A stretch of 64,000 nt of DNA from Bugula neritina (taxonomy: Eukaryota; Animalia; Bryozoa). The stretch lies in assembly GCA_964035545.1 (NCBI GenBank), contig OZ037766.1, forward strand, positions 16,978,722 to 17,042,721. The letters run 5' to 3'. Shown here piece after piece: positions 15,006-29,000 of the stretch. The notes under the pieces were generated by a model that had not been told where the DNA came from, made no database searches, and saw only the letters and a list, made by a program, of their open reading frames with translations. Positions within the stretch are counted from its first letter, which is position 1. Every line of letters begins with the position of its first letter. The translations under genes and the position numbers were made by a program.

Positions 15006-15126
15006 AATGCTCTCACTTTATGCTCAGAATTGACATTACACAGTTGAGTCCTTTAACCATGATTATGAACTCAAGCTGCTAGCATTCTGCAAAGTTCGTG
15101 AGCTCTCCCTTTAATATAGCTTTAAC

Positions 15127-15401
15127 GATTTTAGGTAAAAATGGCACCGGCAAAGATGGCACAGTTAAAAATGGCTCCGGTAATAAGGGCACAAATGGAA
15201 AAGTGAGAAAAATGGCACACTGATGTAAAATTTTCTCAAACCCCAACTCCAAACTCAAATCCCCATTTTCAAACCTAAACTTCAATCCTATAAAACATCC
15301 AACCCCACCCTAGTATTGAAAATGGGCCATTTTTATCTACTTCGCCATTTGTGCCATTATTACCTGTGTCATTTTTACCGGTGCTATTTTTTCCGGACAC
15401 C
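15127..15401. mobile_element. MITE with GGTAA(A/T)AATGGCAC subterminal inverted repeats
   Basis: 15-bp subrepeats inverted at both ends; related element at 44996-45777. Confidence 0.55.
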
Positions 15402-15425
15402 ATGCTGCATGGTATTTATGTTTAA

Positions 15426-16180
15426 GGCTGCACAAGATAGATAAGGACATCCTCACTAAGAATATCATAAATTTCTCTCAAAATGTAGTTTAGGTTCTGG
15501 TATAATATTGCTCGATGGGTGGCATGCCTACTTGCAATTGTTCGGCCTAAGATCAGACTGAAACAAATAAACAGCAACCTTGATTAAGGCTGCATCATCT
15601 ATCAACATTCTGTTATGGGTGCTACATAAACAAAGGACACAGCAAGCTACTTATCTAACAACCGTGTAACTATAGTGATGTACGCGCCAATATCTTTACA
15701 TCACTATATGCTCCCTGAAGCGGGAAGTGATGCACGCTGGTAAATAAATAGGAAAAAATATTATAGCATCTTTGGTGTATAAATCACTAATTTACAAATA
15801 ATCTAGAAGAGTTATTGGAAAAAGAAAAAATTTGCCCTAGACAAATATCTTGGGATTCCAGCAGTGCAATTTTTATTCAGATATCATGTTTTGCTGCTGA
15901 GATATTTTACTGGTACTGAAAAGTCAGCTTTTTGGGCAAAATTGGCCAAAAATGGGCAGTTTTTTATTTATAACTTTGAAAAAAAAATGAAAATTAAAAT
16001 TTCTAAAAAAGTTGCACTGAAGAGAAAATAGATCTGTACCATTATAGTTTTTAAATATTGGCTCTAGCCCAATTACGTGAGGTTTTACTTTACTGGTACT
16101 GAATTTTTATATGATTGCAATGCAAACCTCAGCAAAGCATTTGCAGCTAAAAGGTTGCCCTTAACTATTTTGCGTGTTCT
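15426..16180. mobile_element. Non-autonomous Kolobok-like element
   Basis: Imperfect TIR containing ATAGTTAAGGGCA, flanked by TTAA / TTAG; pieces recur at ~30685-31292, 33600-34560 and 45150-45470. Confidence 0.55.
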
Positions 16181-16329
16181 TTAGTTTTCACTCACCCATT
16201 GACTGAGTCTAAAATCTGATACTTTCTATATGTCTAGCATTTGTACAACTACATACAAGTCATTGTTTTTATCACCATCACCAAGAAGACCATCCTCAAA
16301 TCTTCCACCGAAGAAGTCATCACCAACAA

Positions 16330-18995
16330 AGGAAAACGGATGGAGAGATGGGTAAAACACTACACCAACCTCTACTGTCACCAGAATTGCGTCTTCCTCT
16401 TTTCCTGGTGCAGTTGAATAAATGTCCACTTTTGATGACCATGATGTCAAACCCACTCTGGATGAACTTAATAAAGCCATTGATAGTTTCACCCAGGGCA
16501 AGGCACTTGGCAGTGATGGAATGAATACCTCCTGATTTCATCAAGATCTGCAAGACTACTCTTTTACATCCCCTGCATGAAGTTCTATGTCAGTGCTAGG
16601 AAGAAGGTGCTTTACTACAAGATAGGAGAGATGCAAAAATTACCGCACTCTACAAGAACAAGGGAGAGAGAAGCGACTGCAACAACTACAGAGATGTGTC
16701 ACTCCTTAGCATCATTGGCAAAGCGTTTGCCAAAGTCATTCTGACTCGTCTACAGATACTAGCTGAATGGGTCGACCCCAAGTCACAGTGTGGTTTCTAT
16801 GCTGAAAGGTCAACAATTGACATGATCTTCTCTTTGCGCCAGCTCCAGCAGAAGTGTAGAAAGCATAGAATCACGGGCTTTCCATGTACCGATCTCAGAT
16901 CGATCTCGCTGAGATCGATCTGAGACATGTGCTCAGATCGATCGTTTTTCCATGAGGGTGTCAGATCGATCTCTCGGAGTTGTCTCCTCTTAGGTAAAGA
17001 CTACTTTAATAGCATAATTTTTTCACCCACCTGAGTGATGAAAGCTACTGCTGTTGAAAAACAAAATTTTCATAGTCTAAAATTTAACGCCAGCTATAAA
17101 CTCTGCACAGTAAAGCTCTTAGTATGAAGTAACTTGGCCAATTTAAGATAATTAATTTTAATATTTTAGCTTGACAGCTTATATAAAATTAATAGCTGTT
17201 GTGCAGCTTATTCATAAACTTACGGGACTACTAGGCTTAAATTTACGCAGCAAATAACTAATGACAGTGCGTCATACTAGTCGTTTAAATTCAATTTAGA
17301 TGCTCTCACTTTTTGTATCTTCTACCGTCCATAATTTTACATAATTAAGTTTTCCTAATCATTTTACTGAAAGTCAAAGTATTGCCACCTAAAAAGGTGG
17401 CTATCTTAATTATTAAGTACTTTGCTTAGTAATTAACAATAAGTTATCATTTTTATTAGCAGACAACATTTTAGCGAGCAGTCATTTTTCTACTTCTCGG
17501 ATCGATCTGGCGTCTTTCCATGGTCTTATTGCATTGAGATCGATCTGAGTTCGAGCTCTACAGACCGACCAGCTCAGAACGACTGAGATCGATCTTTGGC
17601 GTCTTTCCATGGATCGATCTCAGCAAGATCGATCTGAGATCGGTACATGGAAAGCCGGTGAATGCCTGTTGCCTTTATTGACCTGACAAAGGCATTTGAC
17701 CTAGTCAGCAGAGAGGGTTTGTTTGAAATCCTTTAGAAAATTAGTTGCTCTCCAAAGCTGCAAAGCATGATAGAATCTTTCAACCATAACATGAAGGGGA
17801 CAGTGCAGTTTAACAGCAGCCTTTCGGAACCATTCGACATACGAAATGGTGTCAAACAAGGCTGCGTTCTGGCACCAACACTCTTTGGTATCTTCTTTGC
17901 CACGCTCTTGAAGCACATTTTCGGTACTTCATCAGAAGGGATCTACCTACAGACTAGATTTGAAGGTAAACTTTTTAACCTCGCCTGACTCAGAGCCAAA
18001 ATGAAAGTATGTGAAGTTGCTGTTTGCTGATGATACTGTTGCATCCCACACACAAGGATTGCAGACGCTCATCAACAAATTTTCCCAAGCTTGCAAAAAC
18101 TTAAGGCTGACTATCAGCTTGAAAAGACCAATGTTCTAAGACAAGACCCATTGGCACCACCTGCCATTGCATTAGACAAACTAAAAGCTAGATGTTGTCA
18201 AGGAGTTCAATTACCTTGGGTCCATTATCACCAAAAACTTTTCCTTTGATAATGAGATCAGCAAGAGGACCGGAAAGGCAGCAACAACCATGACCCGTCT
18301 CACAAACTGTTTTTGGAAAAACACCAAGCTGACTGTGTCCAGAAAGATGGCAGTGTATAACACCTGTGTTGTCAGCACCTTGTTGTATGGCAGTGAAACT
18401 TGGACTACATTTGCTAGGCAAAAGAGGAAGCTGAACACTTTTTACCTGCGTAACATTTGCCGCCTTCTGGAGATCACATGACAAAACCGAGTGACCAATT
18501 TATAGGTTCTTTTGCAAGCTAGTCTTTCTAGCGTGTTTACCCTGCTCAGGCAAAGCAGACTGCAATAGCTTGGCTATGTGTGACGCATAAAAAAAGAGCA
18601 CATTCCCAAGGATATTCTCTATAGCAAACTAACCAGCAGCAGCTGAAGTTGTGTGTGACCTCAGCTGTGCTACAAATATGTCTGCAAGAGAGATATGAAA
18701 GCTGTCTGCATAAACACAGCGTCCTGACAGGATCTTGCATTTGATCGCACAAGTTGGAGAAGCAAACTAAAACACCATCTTATATCACGGAAAAGAAAAC
18801 TTCTCAGTGCAACTGCTTAAAAGAGGACACGCAGAAGGGCTCAGCCCACCACCAAAAACCAGATTCTATTTACAAGTGTGACTCTTGTGGCAAGGACTGC
18901 CACTCCCACATTGGTCTGCACAGCCACAGGCGCCGCTGCTCAGTCCAATCACAAGGTGCATCCCATGGTCGAATCGACCGACGGATGCCAAATTC
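16330..18995 (+). mobile_element. Decayed RTE-clade LINE (RT plus C-terminal C2H2)
   Basis: DCNNYR.VSLLSIIGK, QCGF..ERSTIDMIF, AFIDLTKAFD, GVKQGCVLAPTLF, LLYGSETW, CDSCGKDCHSHIGLHSHRRRC; stops and frameshifts. Confidence 0.9.
16872..17660. mobile_element. MITE nested in the RTE (PIF/Harbinger-group-like, unresolved)
   Basis: ~49-bp TIR CAC(G/C)GGCTTTCCATGTACCGATCTCAGATCGATC..., 3-bp TSD AAT; removal rejoins the RT sequence. Confidence 0.85.
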
Positions 18996-20713
18996 TAAGT
19001 CACTGTAATACAACTTGATTATTTGCTTACTTTTGTAATGTATCGTATATGCCGTGGTTATGGGTGTAACTGAGTTTATATTACAGCACATATGTTATGG
19101 TTATGAGTACAACTGATTTTATATTACAGCCTATGTGTTATGGTTATGAGTAACTTTGATTCTAAAGGCTACTGCTTTTAAATATAAATCACAATTATAC
19201 TAATTTGTTGATGATAATAAAAATCAAGTCTTTATACACAACATTATATTTTTATGCTGCTTAGCTGTATGTACACATGCACGGCATTATATATTAGGCT
19301 AGTAAATGAAAAAAAGTACTTTTCGCACCAACTTCATTATTATTTAAGAGTATTTAGAAAAGCTGAAGAATATATAGTACCATAAAAGTTAATTGGAGGA
19401 TAAACTGCTGGCTGGTACCAGATCAGCCTTACTTACTACACATTTAAGTTCAATAAAATCGATAGTTACAGGCATCTACAGGTTGTGATCAAGCACTAGT
19501 TGAGATGTTTGTGGCATCTTTGAAAGATTTGCACTTCCATGATCAGAACATGACACACATAGGCCTACAGTATAAAACTACATTATAAACTATGAAGCAT
19601 CCAGTTGCTATTGTAGTAGTTTGTGGGTTATAGAATGAAATCAGGCAGAGAACATAACTCCTTGTTATAGAAGAGACAAGAGAGAGTGTTGAATTCGTGT
19701 GTGTACAGTATTCTTTATTGTAGATGAGATGTATCCAGTCCGAGCTCCAGTCTTCAAGTGACTGAAGCTCGAAAATGTGTGTTCTTTTATACTAGTAGAA
19801 CAAAGGACTTCTAGAACCTTCCACCAACAGCGGGGCCGACATTCGGCAGGAAATGGCGACATTCGTCATGCTGGTAATCGACACTGACCATGTCGGTAAC
19901 CAACAGACCCAATGTTGGCATCCACTGTCGGTTTACATGAATCAAGAAAAATGAACCCAACCGAGTGTATGCGTATTGTAACTTGTAATGGGGGGGAAGA
20001 GATTAACTATTTATTATGCTAAAAGCTTAACAATAGCCATAGTATTTAAGGTATCAGAATGTTGCGCCACAGACTTAGCTATAACTACAGTATTTAGAAA
20101 AATAGCCATAAGTAATGTGTCAAGGAGGATAACTCTTAATATTTACCACACTATAATAGGTTGATCAACAACTGTCTTGAGCAGAAAAACCTTACTAAAA
20201 ATTGCAGTATATTTGTCACAGGATCCTAACGTGCTAAGCATGATAATTAAACAGCACTAGTACTAAATAAAAATTTAATAGTGATAATAAAAATAATAGT
20301 AATAATAATGGTGAGTAACTGGGTTAATACCATAGTTTATGCAATTGCTTGTGTTCTTAGTTTACTATAACTTTCCTGTTGCGAAAAAATGTAATTATTC
20401 TAATTGTATCATTTACTTTAGCCTTAAAAGCTTAAAAGTAAAATAAAAATGCTAAAATTAATGGTTTCATAAATAGCTCTAAATTGGTGGTCACCAAGTG
20501 CATTGGCTAAAGATTCTCGAGTTTGGAATTGGAGGTTTGGGGTACAACACTGGGCCCGCAACTTCAACCTCAAGATTTTAAACTACTGCTCTCAGTGAGT
20601 ACCAACTCGGTGTTGTTTTTAAGGGAATGGTTCTACAAGCAGCTCTGTGTTGGGAGTAACTGAATGCAGTGATTTGCAATTCTTGAGTTTAGAGTTAAGG
20701 GTTTATAAACTCC

Positions 20714-21174
20714 TGTTGTAGTTTTGTGCACTACTCTTGAGGGTGTTATTGTGTACTCGAATAATAACTGCTTATCCACTGTGAGGTTATGTGAAGGACC
20801 GAACCAGTTGATGCTTAATGAGAGAACTGTATTAGTAATTTAATTACGTAAAACAAAAATTATATAGAATTATAAAAGAGAAAAGAATACGATAAGTAAC
20901 TGTTACACGAAGTTAACCTATCTACTTAACAACTATCCTCTAGACTGTGCGAGGGGGGGGGGTGGGGCACTGAAAGGCATTGTTTGTATACAAGGGGTTG
21001 ATCCTGACTGGTTAAGATAAGGTTCCTGCGGTGTCACCGTAGAGAGTGTTGCGATACGCACAGGACTGCGGCATAGCTAGTGGAGTTGTCGTCCTTAAGA
21101 CATTAGTTGGCTAATAATATATTGCAAGTATTAGGTAGGTGGTACTGGGGAGTATGCTTCCCACAGCCACTACA
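20714..21174 (-). mobile_element. Solo LTR (Ty3/gypsy)
   Basis: TG...CA ends, TSD CTCC, terminal similarity to LTR 63253-63691. Confidence 0.8.
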
Positions 21175-21206
21175 CTCCAAATCCAAACTTGTGAATCTCA
21201 AACTAC

Positions 21207-21685
21207 TGTTGTAGATTTGTGAACTACTATCAGTGGGGCTTTATTGTATGCCGAATTACTGACTTATAACCTAGCTACGAGGTTTGAGAGGGAGAACCGA
21301 GGAATTGTAGTGTTGAAATAATGACTATATTTTACATCTAATTATGCAAGAGCAAAAGATACAAGTAATTACAAAAGAGTTCACATAAAAGCAGTATACA
21401 ATACACTAGTCTATCTAACAGTTATCTTTCGACTGAGGCTGGACCACGGAAGGGACTACTTATGACTGGAGGTTATGGTCTGATTGGCTGGTGGGGTTCC
21501 AGTGGTGGTGACTACGTAATGAGTGGTGCGGTGCCGCATGTCTATGCAACATTTTACTATGTCAGCCCGGGCGCAGTATGTAGAGTTATCATCTCTTGGA
21601 ACTTTATAATATAATACACTGCGTCTTTTACTACAAGTGTTAGTGACATAGTGGTTGGGGAACAATACTTCCCGCAGCCATTACA
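21207..21685 (-). mobile_element. Solo LTR (related gypsy family)
   Basis: TG...CA ends, TSD CTAC; same terminal motifs as 20714-21174. Confidence 0.8.
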
Positions 21686-21859
21686 CTACTGCACTCGATC
21701 ATTCCCAATTTGAATTTGGAGCTGCTTTTCCGTTTTCCTTGCTGATCTTTTCCAGTTCATTGAGTAGGATGTTCATCTACTACGCAGTTCTATAGCAAAT
21801 TGCAATGGGTTACTCGAGCTTATTTAGAATTGTGTAAAAGTTGATCTCGTTAAAAACTT

Positions 21860-22400
21860 ACAGGCTAAAAAAATTCTTCAAAACCCGAGTGGATTTTCCC
21901 AAAGGGTTAAAGTTAATAGGTCACACTGGATTTCCCCATTAAAATCGAAGTAATATTACTGAGACAGTTTTGTAGCGTCAGTTTTAAGGATAGTAATATC
22001 ATAGTAGAGTAATTACACGATGCAAAGTTATGACGGCTGTCTGAATATTATGGCGCTCTGCTATTATAATAATCATGTAGGATGCACGCCCATAGCGCCT
22101 TGTGTATTTTATTCGCATCATCATCATAATAACGGCAGGAAAATTTACGTTGCAGTTTCACTTAAATTGAATTTCAACCCAGTTTTGGTCCTTGTCAATC
22201 TTTTATTTACGTTACAAACTGAAGGTATAACCGACTAGCGTTGACATTTGTCGTTTCCACGATAAATTACTACTTTATTGCTTTAGAATTGATGAATAGA
22301 GATTCATATTTATATTAGGCCTATTATTAGCTATTTCTGTAACATTCAAAAGTCATACTAGGTATCAGTCTGAAGTTGTATAGTTCTGTTTTTAGGTAAG
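21860..22400. promoter_or_regulatory. Candidate bidirectional promoter with two kB-like sites and a partial IRF-like site
   Basis: GGATTTTCCC 21891-21900, GGATTTCCCC 21928-21937, AGTTTCACTT 22154-22163; locally CpG-richer; outward-facing donors (minus GTAAGT at 21861, plus GTAAGC at 22396). Confidence 0.35.
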
Positions 22401-22531
22401 CTCTGTTTTTGGTAGTTGATTATATTTTAGCCATTTTTGTTGGCTATTTTGTTGAGTTTGATTATAGTTGTAAAGAAATCGCTTGAATTTGAAGCAGCAC
22501 CAAGTTGGTGGTCACTCTGTGCAGTGATAGC

Positions 22532-23020
22532 TACTGATTGGGGGTCTTGAGTTTAAAAATTGGACAGCTATGCCTATGCTAACTCAGTCACATTCACCCC
22601 CAACTCGGTGCCACTTTCAGTGATTTTATAGTTGCAATAGTCTCACTATGAATATTTTGTCATGCAGGTATTAGATGTTGAAGAAACTCAGTGATACTGA
22701 TTGGGGGTCTCGAGTGTAAAAATTGGACAGCTATGCCTATGCTAACTCAGTCACATTCACCCCCAACTCAGTGCCACTTTCAGTGATTTTATAGTTGCAA
22801 CAGTCTCACTATGAATATTTTGTCATGCAGGTATCAGATGTTGAAGAAATTCAGTGATACTGATTGGGGGTATCGAGTGTAAAAATTAGACAGCTATGCC
22901 TATGCTAACTCAGTCACATTCACCCCCAACTCAGTGCCACTTTCAGTGATTTTATAGTTGCAACAGTCTCACTATGAATATTTTGTCATGCAGGTATCAG
23001 ATGTTGAAGAAATTCAGTGA
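22532..23020 (+). repeat. 163-bp tandem triplication containing the acceptor of the start-codon exon
   Basis: Units start 22532, 22695 and 22858, each with TTTTGTCATGCAG|GTAT; the first part of the unit looks SINE-derived. Confidence 0.9.
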
Positions 23021-23064
23021 GTCAGTGTACGCACCGTATGCGTGCAGACCAACAGACAGTTAAA

Positions 23065-26000
23065 ATGGAACTGGAAAATGTCACGCGCTCTGGTAGATCT
23101 TAGCAAAAACAAATTGAAATGATTTTTAGTTACTACGTATTAACTATTATTTAGTAATATTTTGTCTTTTCATACGATATTTTATTCATTTCATTCATAG
23201 ATTGAACTGTGAAGCATAAGCTGTTGACTCATGCAATTTATTACTTCAGGATCAGTGGAAAAAACTGAAGCAGATGGCCAGGAGTTGTGTGAGAAAGAAC
23301 AGACCTATTGTAAGTAAATAGTTATATTTTCGTATGTCGTTTGCAGGTAGGTCATAGATCTTAGATCATACTAGTCTGTGTATTTGTAGTTGTAGAAGTC
23401 TTTGACTTCCCAAGAGATGAAGAGAATAGGCCGACGAGAGAGGAACTAGTAGAGTACTTTACAGGACCTCCTAAATACCAGACATATTTGCAAATCGATC
23501 ATGTGATACACCACCCAGAAACCGACACATTTGTCATGGAACTCCCCGAGTCCGGTTGGTATCCACTCAAGCCTTAACGTCTGCCATTTCTATAGTATAA
23601 TAAGAGTAATAAGAGCTTATACAAATAGCTTTCAATCAAGCAAACTCTGATGTAACAAATTTGCTGTTCATCAAACATTGCTCAACAAGTATTAACGGTT
23701 TTAATGACAGGCTTGACAAGTACTCCAAGAACTAAAACCAAGCACTTGCCCAAATTTCAATATAATTCTCATACCCTTTCTATAATAACTTTGATAATCT
23801 ATTTACTGTACAATAGAAGATAAAAAAGCTTTGCAAAAAAGGTGTTGCATGTTTGTTACTGAGAAAATGTGTTACCATTTTTAGGAGCTGCTGAGGTTTT
23901 GAGTGAGATTGAGGGTTATCTTCTTACACCAAATGATGAAACGAGTCGAATCAGGGTTAGAAAGTTTGTTGAGCCTACAAAGGAAGTGATACTTAAGTGT
24001 TCAACTGATATATCTCAAAGATTCCTAACTAAAGTACTCAATAAACACAATTTCAGCTTGTCGGGTGTTGATAGAATTGACAGCAAAAATTTCCGTGTCA
24101 CGCTTCCAACGGCTCATGGTAAATATATCAATTTGTTTATATTCAGCTGATAGTCTCACTAGTAGAAGTTTTACTAAGCATTTTAAGCCTCTTATATAAT
24201 TTTTATACCAACTGTACTACACTTTTCAGGAAAATATTCAATGCCTAAAGCTATAATTTTATATAATTTATATATATTTGAGGAAACAAGCTTTAGCTAG
24301 TTGTGAAAAATTATCATTATTTAGACTGTGATTGTTGTTTGAAAGCTGATTATTGTGGGTGGTTTTAGAAGCAGCCAATCTGGCTAGACTGGGAGAGATA
24401 GTTGATACAACACTGGTTATATCTGCACAATTATTTTATGGCAAAGACTCCGTCTTTCTGCTAGGTCAAGGTGAGAACTTTTCATTAGTTGGTAAACTAA
24501 ATCTACTAATAGCTTTATTCTAACTGCACAGCCCATGATCACAGCAAGTTTATTAAAGCTGTTAATTATTGGGCAATAATTATTTTAGAAATATTTATCT
24601 GAATGAAAACATAACACATTATAAGTTGCAACTCATTACTTAGCTAGCAAACATTATTTGTCTACAGCTACTGTGAGAGGGACTAGTAAGCTGCCCTTAC
24701 TCTGTATGCTAATTGACTCATCAAATTTTGTCTTCTTGTAGATGAAACTCTAAGCTTGACATCATGTTTTCCTAGCCGAGACACTTTCTTTGACGGTTCT
24801 GAAAGTCTGGCTTCAGATGTTTCTACTTCTACTGTGGGCAGAGCTCCGGCTCATGATTGGCTCTCCAAAACATATGCACCCCCTATGTACAACCCACCAT
24901 CTCAGCTCAAGAAGCAAGGTAGACGAGTTTAGTTTTATAAACAATACTATTCAATTGATTATTTTTTTTTCAATCAAAAGGTGAATATAAATAATGGCTG
25001 TCTGTGTTATTTGCACGTCCTTTAGTTCTGGGTTTGGCTATGAGAACAGTATATTACATCAGTTTCTATGTTTTGTTGCTAGCTGTTTTTAGAGACATAC
25101 GTGTGCTTCATTTGCTAAACAAATGACCAGATATATAATGTATAGTTATTGTTGCGCAGCTTTTGTAGCCATTTGGCTTTCTGATCACATCATGGTTTCC
25201 CTGATTATTGTAACCCAGAACTTTATTTTATATATAAGTACAAGATAAGTCACCAAGAGATAGTTTACTTTCTGTATTTTAATGCAATAAAGTTCTGTGT
25301 CACTTTCTACTAGTAAAAAGTCACATTAATGTATAGAATGTTCAGAAGCACTTTTTTTTACTATTCAGTCAATCATGATCATTCTGAACATGTATTCCCT
25401 CAACACTAGATACATGTTGAATAACTTGAATCAAATAAATGAGGGCTAAAACTTAAACTTTTCAGCTTAGGACTATTCGTACCTCTTCAATGAGTCATAA
25501 TTTTGGAATACTAGTTTCAACATTTGTGATAAAACAGGCGCTGTACATGCTATATAGAATTCTAGACTAGTTGCTATTCTGATAAAAGTTGATGGTGGGT
25601 GATAAGACATACCCTAATAATCCTAGTTTTGTTGACATTCCCTATTAGATTCAAAGATAAGCTCATCTTTATACCATTGTATTGTGATGGCCTATTGATT
25701 TTATACCCATAAATGTCAGCACCGAACTGTTCAATCATGAAACTATGTGCACTAAATGTACATTTTCTTTGTGGTTTCATTATTCAATTTAAAATGGAGT
25801 TACTTAATCACTGATATCGTCTAATATATAATTTAGCTGACTGTAGTGTTGAGTTTATCCAGTGGCCACCTGGTTTAATAGTAGCGCGTCCACTTGCAAG
25901 CCGGAGGTCTGTGGTTCGAATCCCACTGGGGGTGAAAGTTTTATAAAAACATATATTATATAATATATTGTATGTGACATGTGTTATGTGCAGACGGAAG

Positions 26001-29000
26001 GCTCCATGACACAGTACCAGCTGGCCACAATCCGTTCAGCTCCATGACATCTATTGACTCACAGTCCAAGTACGGTACATACATGCCTCCTTCTGCTCTC
26101 AGCTCCTTCCTGACAAGTGCCTCTCAGTCTCAAAGATTCGTACAGAGTCATCCCAAGTTTTGTAAGTATCCAATAACTATTTTTACTTCATATTTTGAGA
26201 GCTCTGTAGTGTAGAATCAGTTCCAATTTGATAACCAGCTAGATTTGAGATGCTTGTGATGGCAGTTTCAATGCGACTCACTCAGGCGCCCATAACTTCT
26301 GTAACATTCAACTGTGTTTATTAACCATTTGAAAGTTATCAGACCATTATCTACAGCAAGACAGTTAGTTATGACTAATTGTGTTCACTTTTAAATCTTG
26401 AAATAATCTCAACAGAAGTTTATATGATTCTGAACATATCATGTTGTTTAAAAATGACGAAAAGCTCATTGAGCAACTACTATATCTAAAAAAACAAAAC
26501 AACTCTTGTTATAGAACAGAAAAATACTGTAATATCATTGTAGCCAATTATTTTTCCTTTTAGATCTCAAAATTTGCACAGAAAAACCGGAAAGTCAGCA
26601 AGTTCTCCAGAAGTATTTTGAGGATGCATCAGTCGTGATTCTCCAACAACAGAGTCACACAGTGTTCATTGCTCAGACACCATCTAAACAAGGTAGTTAT
26701 CTCTCGCACACAAATTCTAATCTATAATATACATTATTAGGAGCAGGAATGGGAGTATATGCTATAATTATCAGTATGATATGATGTATTATCTGTAAAC
26801 GGTATAAGAGAAAATTACTAAAAATTTTTGTGTTATTAAACTAGTTTGTAGGCTATGAGCTCTGCTTATCGTTTATTAATGTCTTTCTACAATTATTTCA
26901 GAGTATGATGAGTTGGTGAACACAACTGTGGTTACTCATATAGGAAATAAACTCTATATTTCACCTTTCCAAAAGCCAGAGCCAAGTAAGCTCATTTCCT
27001 GTCTACTCGATATTATCAAGTTTATTGCTTAACCATCTAATACTTGATATAGTTTAAAGCTGGAGGTCCAAACACTTTTGGTAAAAACACTGTTGAAGTG
27101 TTAGAATAACATCAAAAATAAAGAGCATATTAATATTACCGTTTGACACATAATAAACCCTTTTCACATGTCCCGCTAGGGGCAATTATAATTTAAAGTT
27201 GTCTCCTCTCACCCGGTACATGGGGAAGTTTCTATGATTAAAAAAATCACATAAAATAAGTAGAAATTAAGGTTTGTGTAAAGGCTTTTGCTAATGTGAA
27301 GTTCGTTTTTCCTGAAATGAATATTTTGGCACAACCATATGTTATATTCACTGAGGTATATTTCTAACCGACTAAAACCACACTGGTATGCGCACGCATT
27401 ACAATTAACAAAGACCGGATATATAATATTGAATAAATGGGCGGAGCCAAAATATAAAAGATTTTCCCTTTACAAATCTTGACTTACAAAACATTCAAGA
27501 AACAAAACAAGTAATAAATCCAAAAAAGACAGAAATAAAAGAAAGAACAATATAATTGTGAAATAATAAAATTGAAAGTGCTATATGTCTAACAGCATTC
27601 TTGGCTTACGTATCCTACTTGAACGCCTTGGCTTTGGAGGTGTGGTAATAGGTGCTGAAGGTGTACTGACAGTTGCAGGAGTTTGAAGACTATTAGGAAG
27701 AGACTCCATATGCTCAGAGGTTGGACCTGTTTGAGGTGCAGAGACTGGCGGCAAATGGCTTAATGAAGGAGGTGTGTTCCTAGAAATTAAATCACATGGC
27801 ACACCGGTAAATGGCTGAGCACTGATATCTAAAGGAGTGGTTTCATTTTGGTCATCAACTATTTTCGCTTACCGGTGCTTGAGTTGGTCTAAATGGCGTT
27901 TCCATTTTTTTTCTTCTACCTGTACGTAATAACACAATGGGCCAACCTGGTCAGTTATTACCCCCTTTTTCCATTAAACAGCTCCAAAGTAACACCTCAC
28001 CCAAACATCTGAGCCTATGTTGAATTTACGGTGTATAGTTTTAGGACCTGCATCATGTAATTTTGATGTTTTGTCAAGCTTTAAGCAATCAAGCCTTGTT
28101 CCCAATGTTCGACCAAGCATGAAAGTTGCAGGGCTCTCACCAGCAGTTGAGTGAAGAGCATTACGATAAGCCCACAAAAACCTGTTTTAGCGATACTGTA
28201 AATCTAAACTTTGAAAGGCCCTTAGAGCGCTTTCGACTGTTTGTACAAAACGCTCTGCTAAACCATTAGTGGCTGGGTAATATGGTCCACTTTTCTTATA
28301 TGCTTGATTCTCAAATGTGCCAAAAAAGCTTCAAAATCTTCCCTACAAAATTGTGGTCTATTGTCACTGACCAGCTCCATAAGCACACCCCATCTAGCAA
28401 AGATTGGCCTAAGCATGTTTATAGTACTTTGGGAGGTGGTAGATTTTTTAACACACACTTCAGGCCACTTAGAATACGAATCCACCACTACTAGTAACAT
28501 ATGACCTTCACCAGGACTAGCATAGTCAACATGAATGTGCTGATATGGTCGAGTTGTGGGTAGCCATGGGTGTGTATTAACTGCTTTAGGGTCATTACTC
28601 ATAGACATGCATGAATCACAAGACTTGCTAGTTGCTTCAATATCGTTGTCTAAGCCTGGCTACCACATAAATGACTTTGCTGCAGATTTCATTTTACATA
28701 TACCTAAATGCCCAACATGCAATTCCTTTAACAGAGGGGTTTGAAGAGAAGGTGGGATAACTACTCGGTTTCCCCACATAACTACTCTTGACATGGTAGA
28801 TAGCTCACTCTTCCTAGCAAGGAAAGGTTCAGATCCCAGTCGGCCTCACACAATTTTTGAGGCCAGCCCTCTCTCATTAGTCTGAATACCTTACACAATG
28901 TTGAGTCTTTAGCAGTGAGCTTAACAACCTGTAAGGAAGTGATAGGAAGTCCAAGGTTGTCAACTTTAACAATAAAAGCATGAGGTTCCTTATTCAATTC

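Noticed and set aside
14666-15047. His/Thr- or Cys/Val-rich ORFs
   Set aside because: TG microsatellite artefacts
19663-19905. Possible solo LTR beginning TGTTATAG
   Set aside because: Could not find a matching end with a TSD
22532-23020. CRISPR-like array
   Set aside because: Whole 163-bp units are repeated with no unique spacers; eukaryotic context
25863-25935. Functional tRNA gene
   Set aside because: A/B boxes present but stems do not form a cloverleaf; SINE head is more likely (same for 41113 and 58850)
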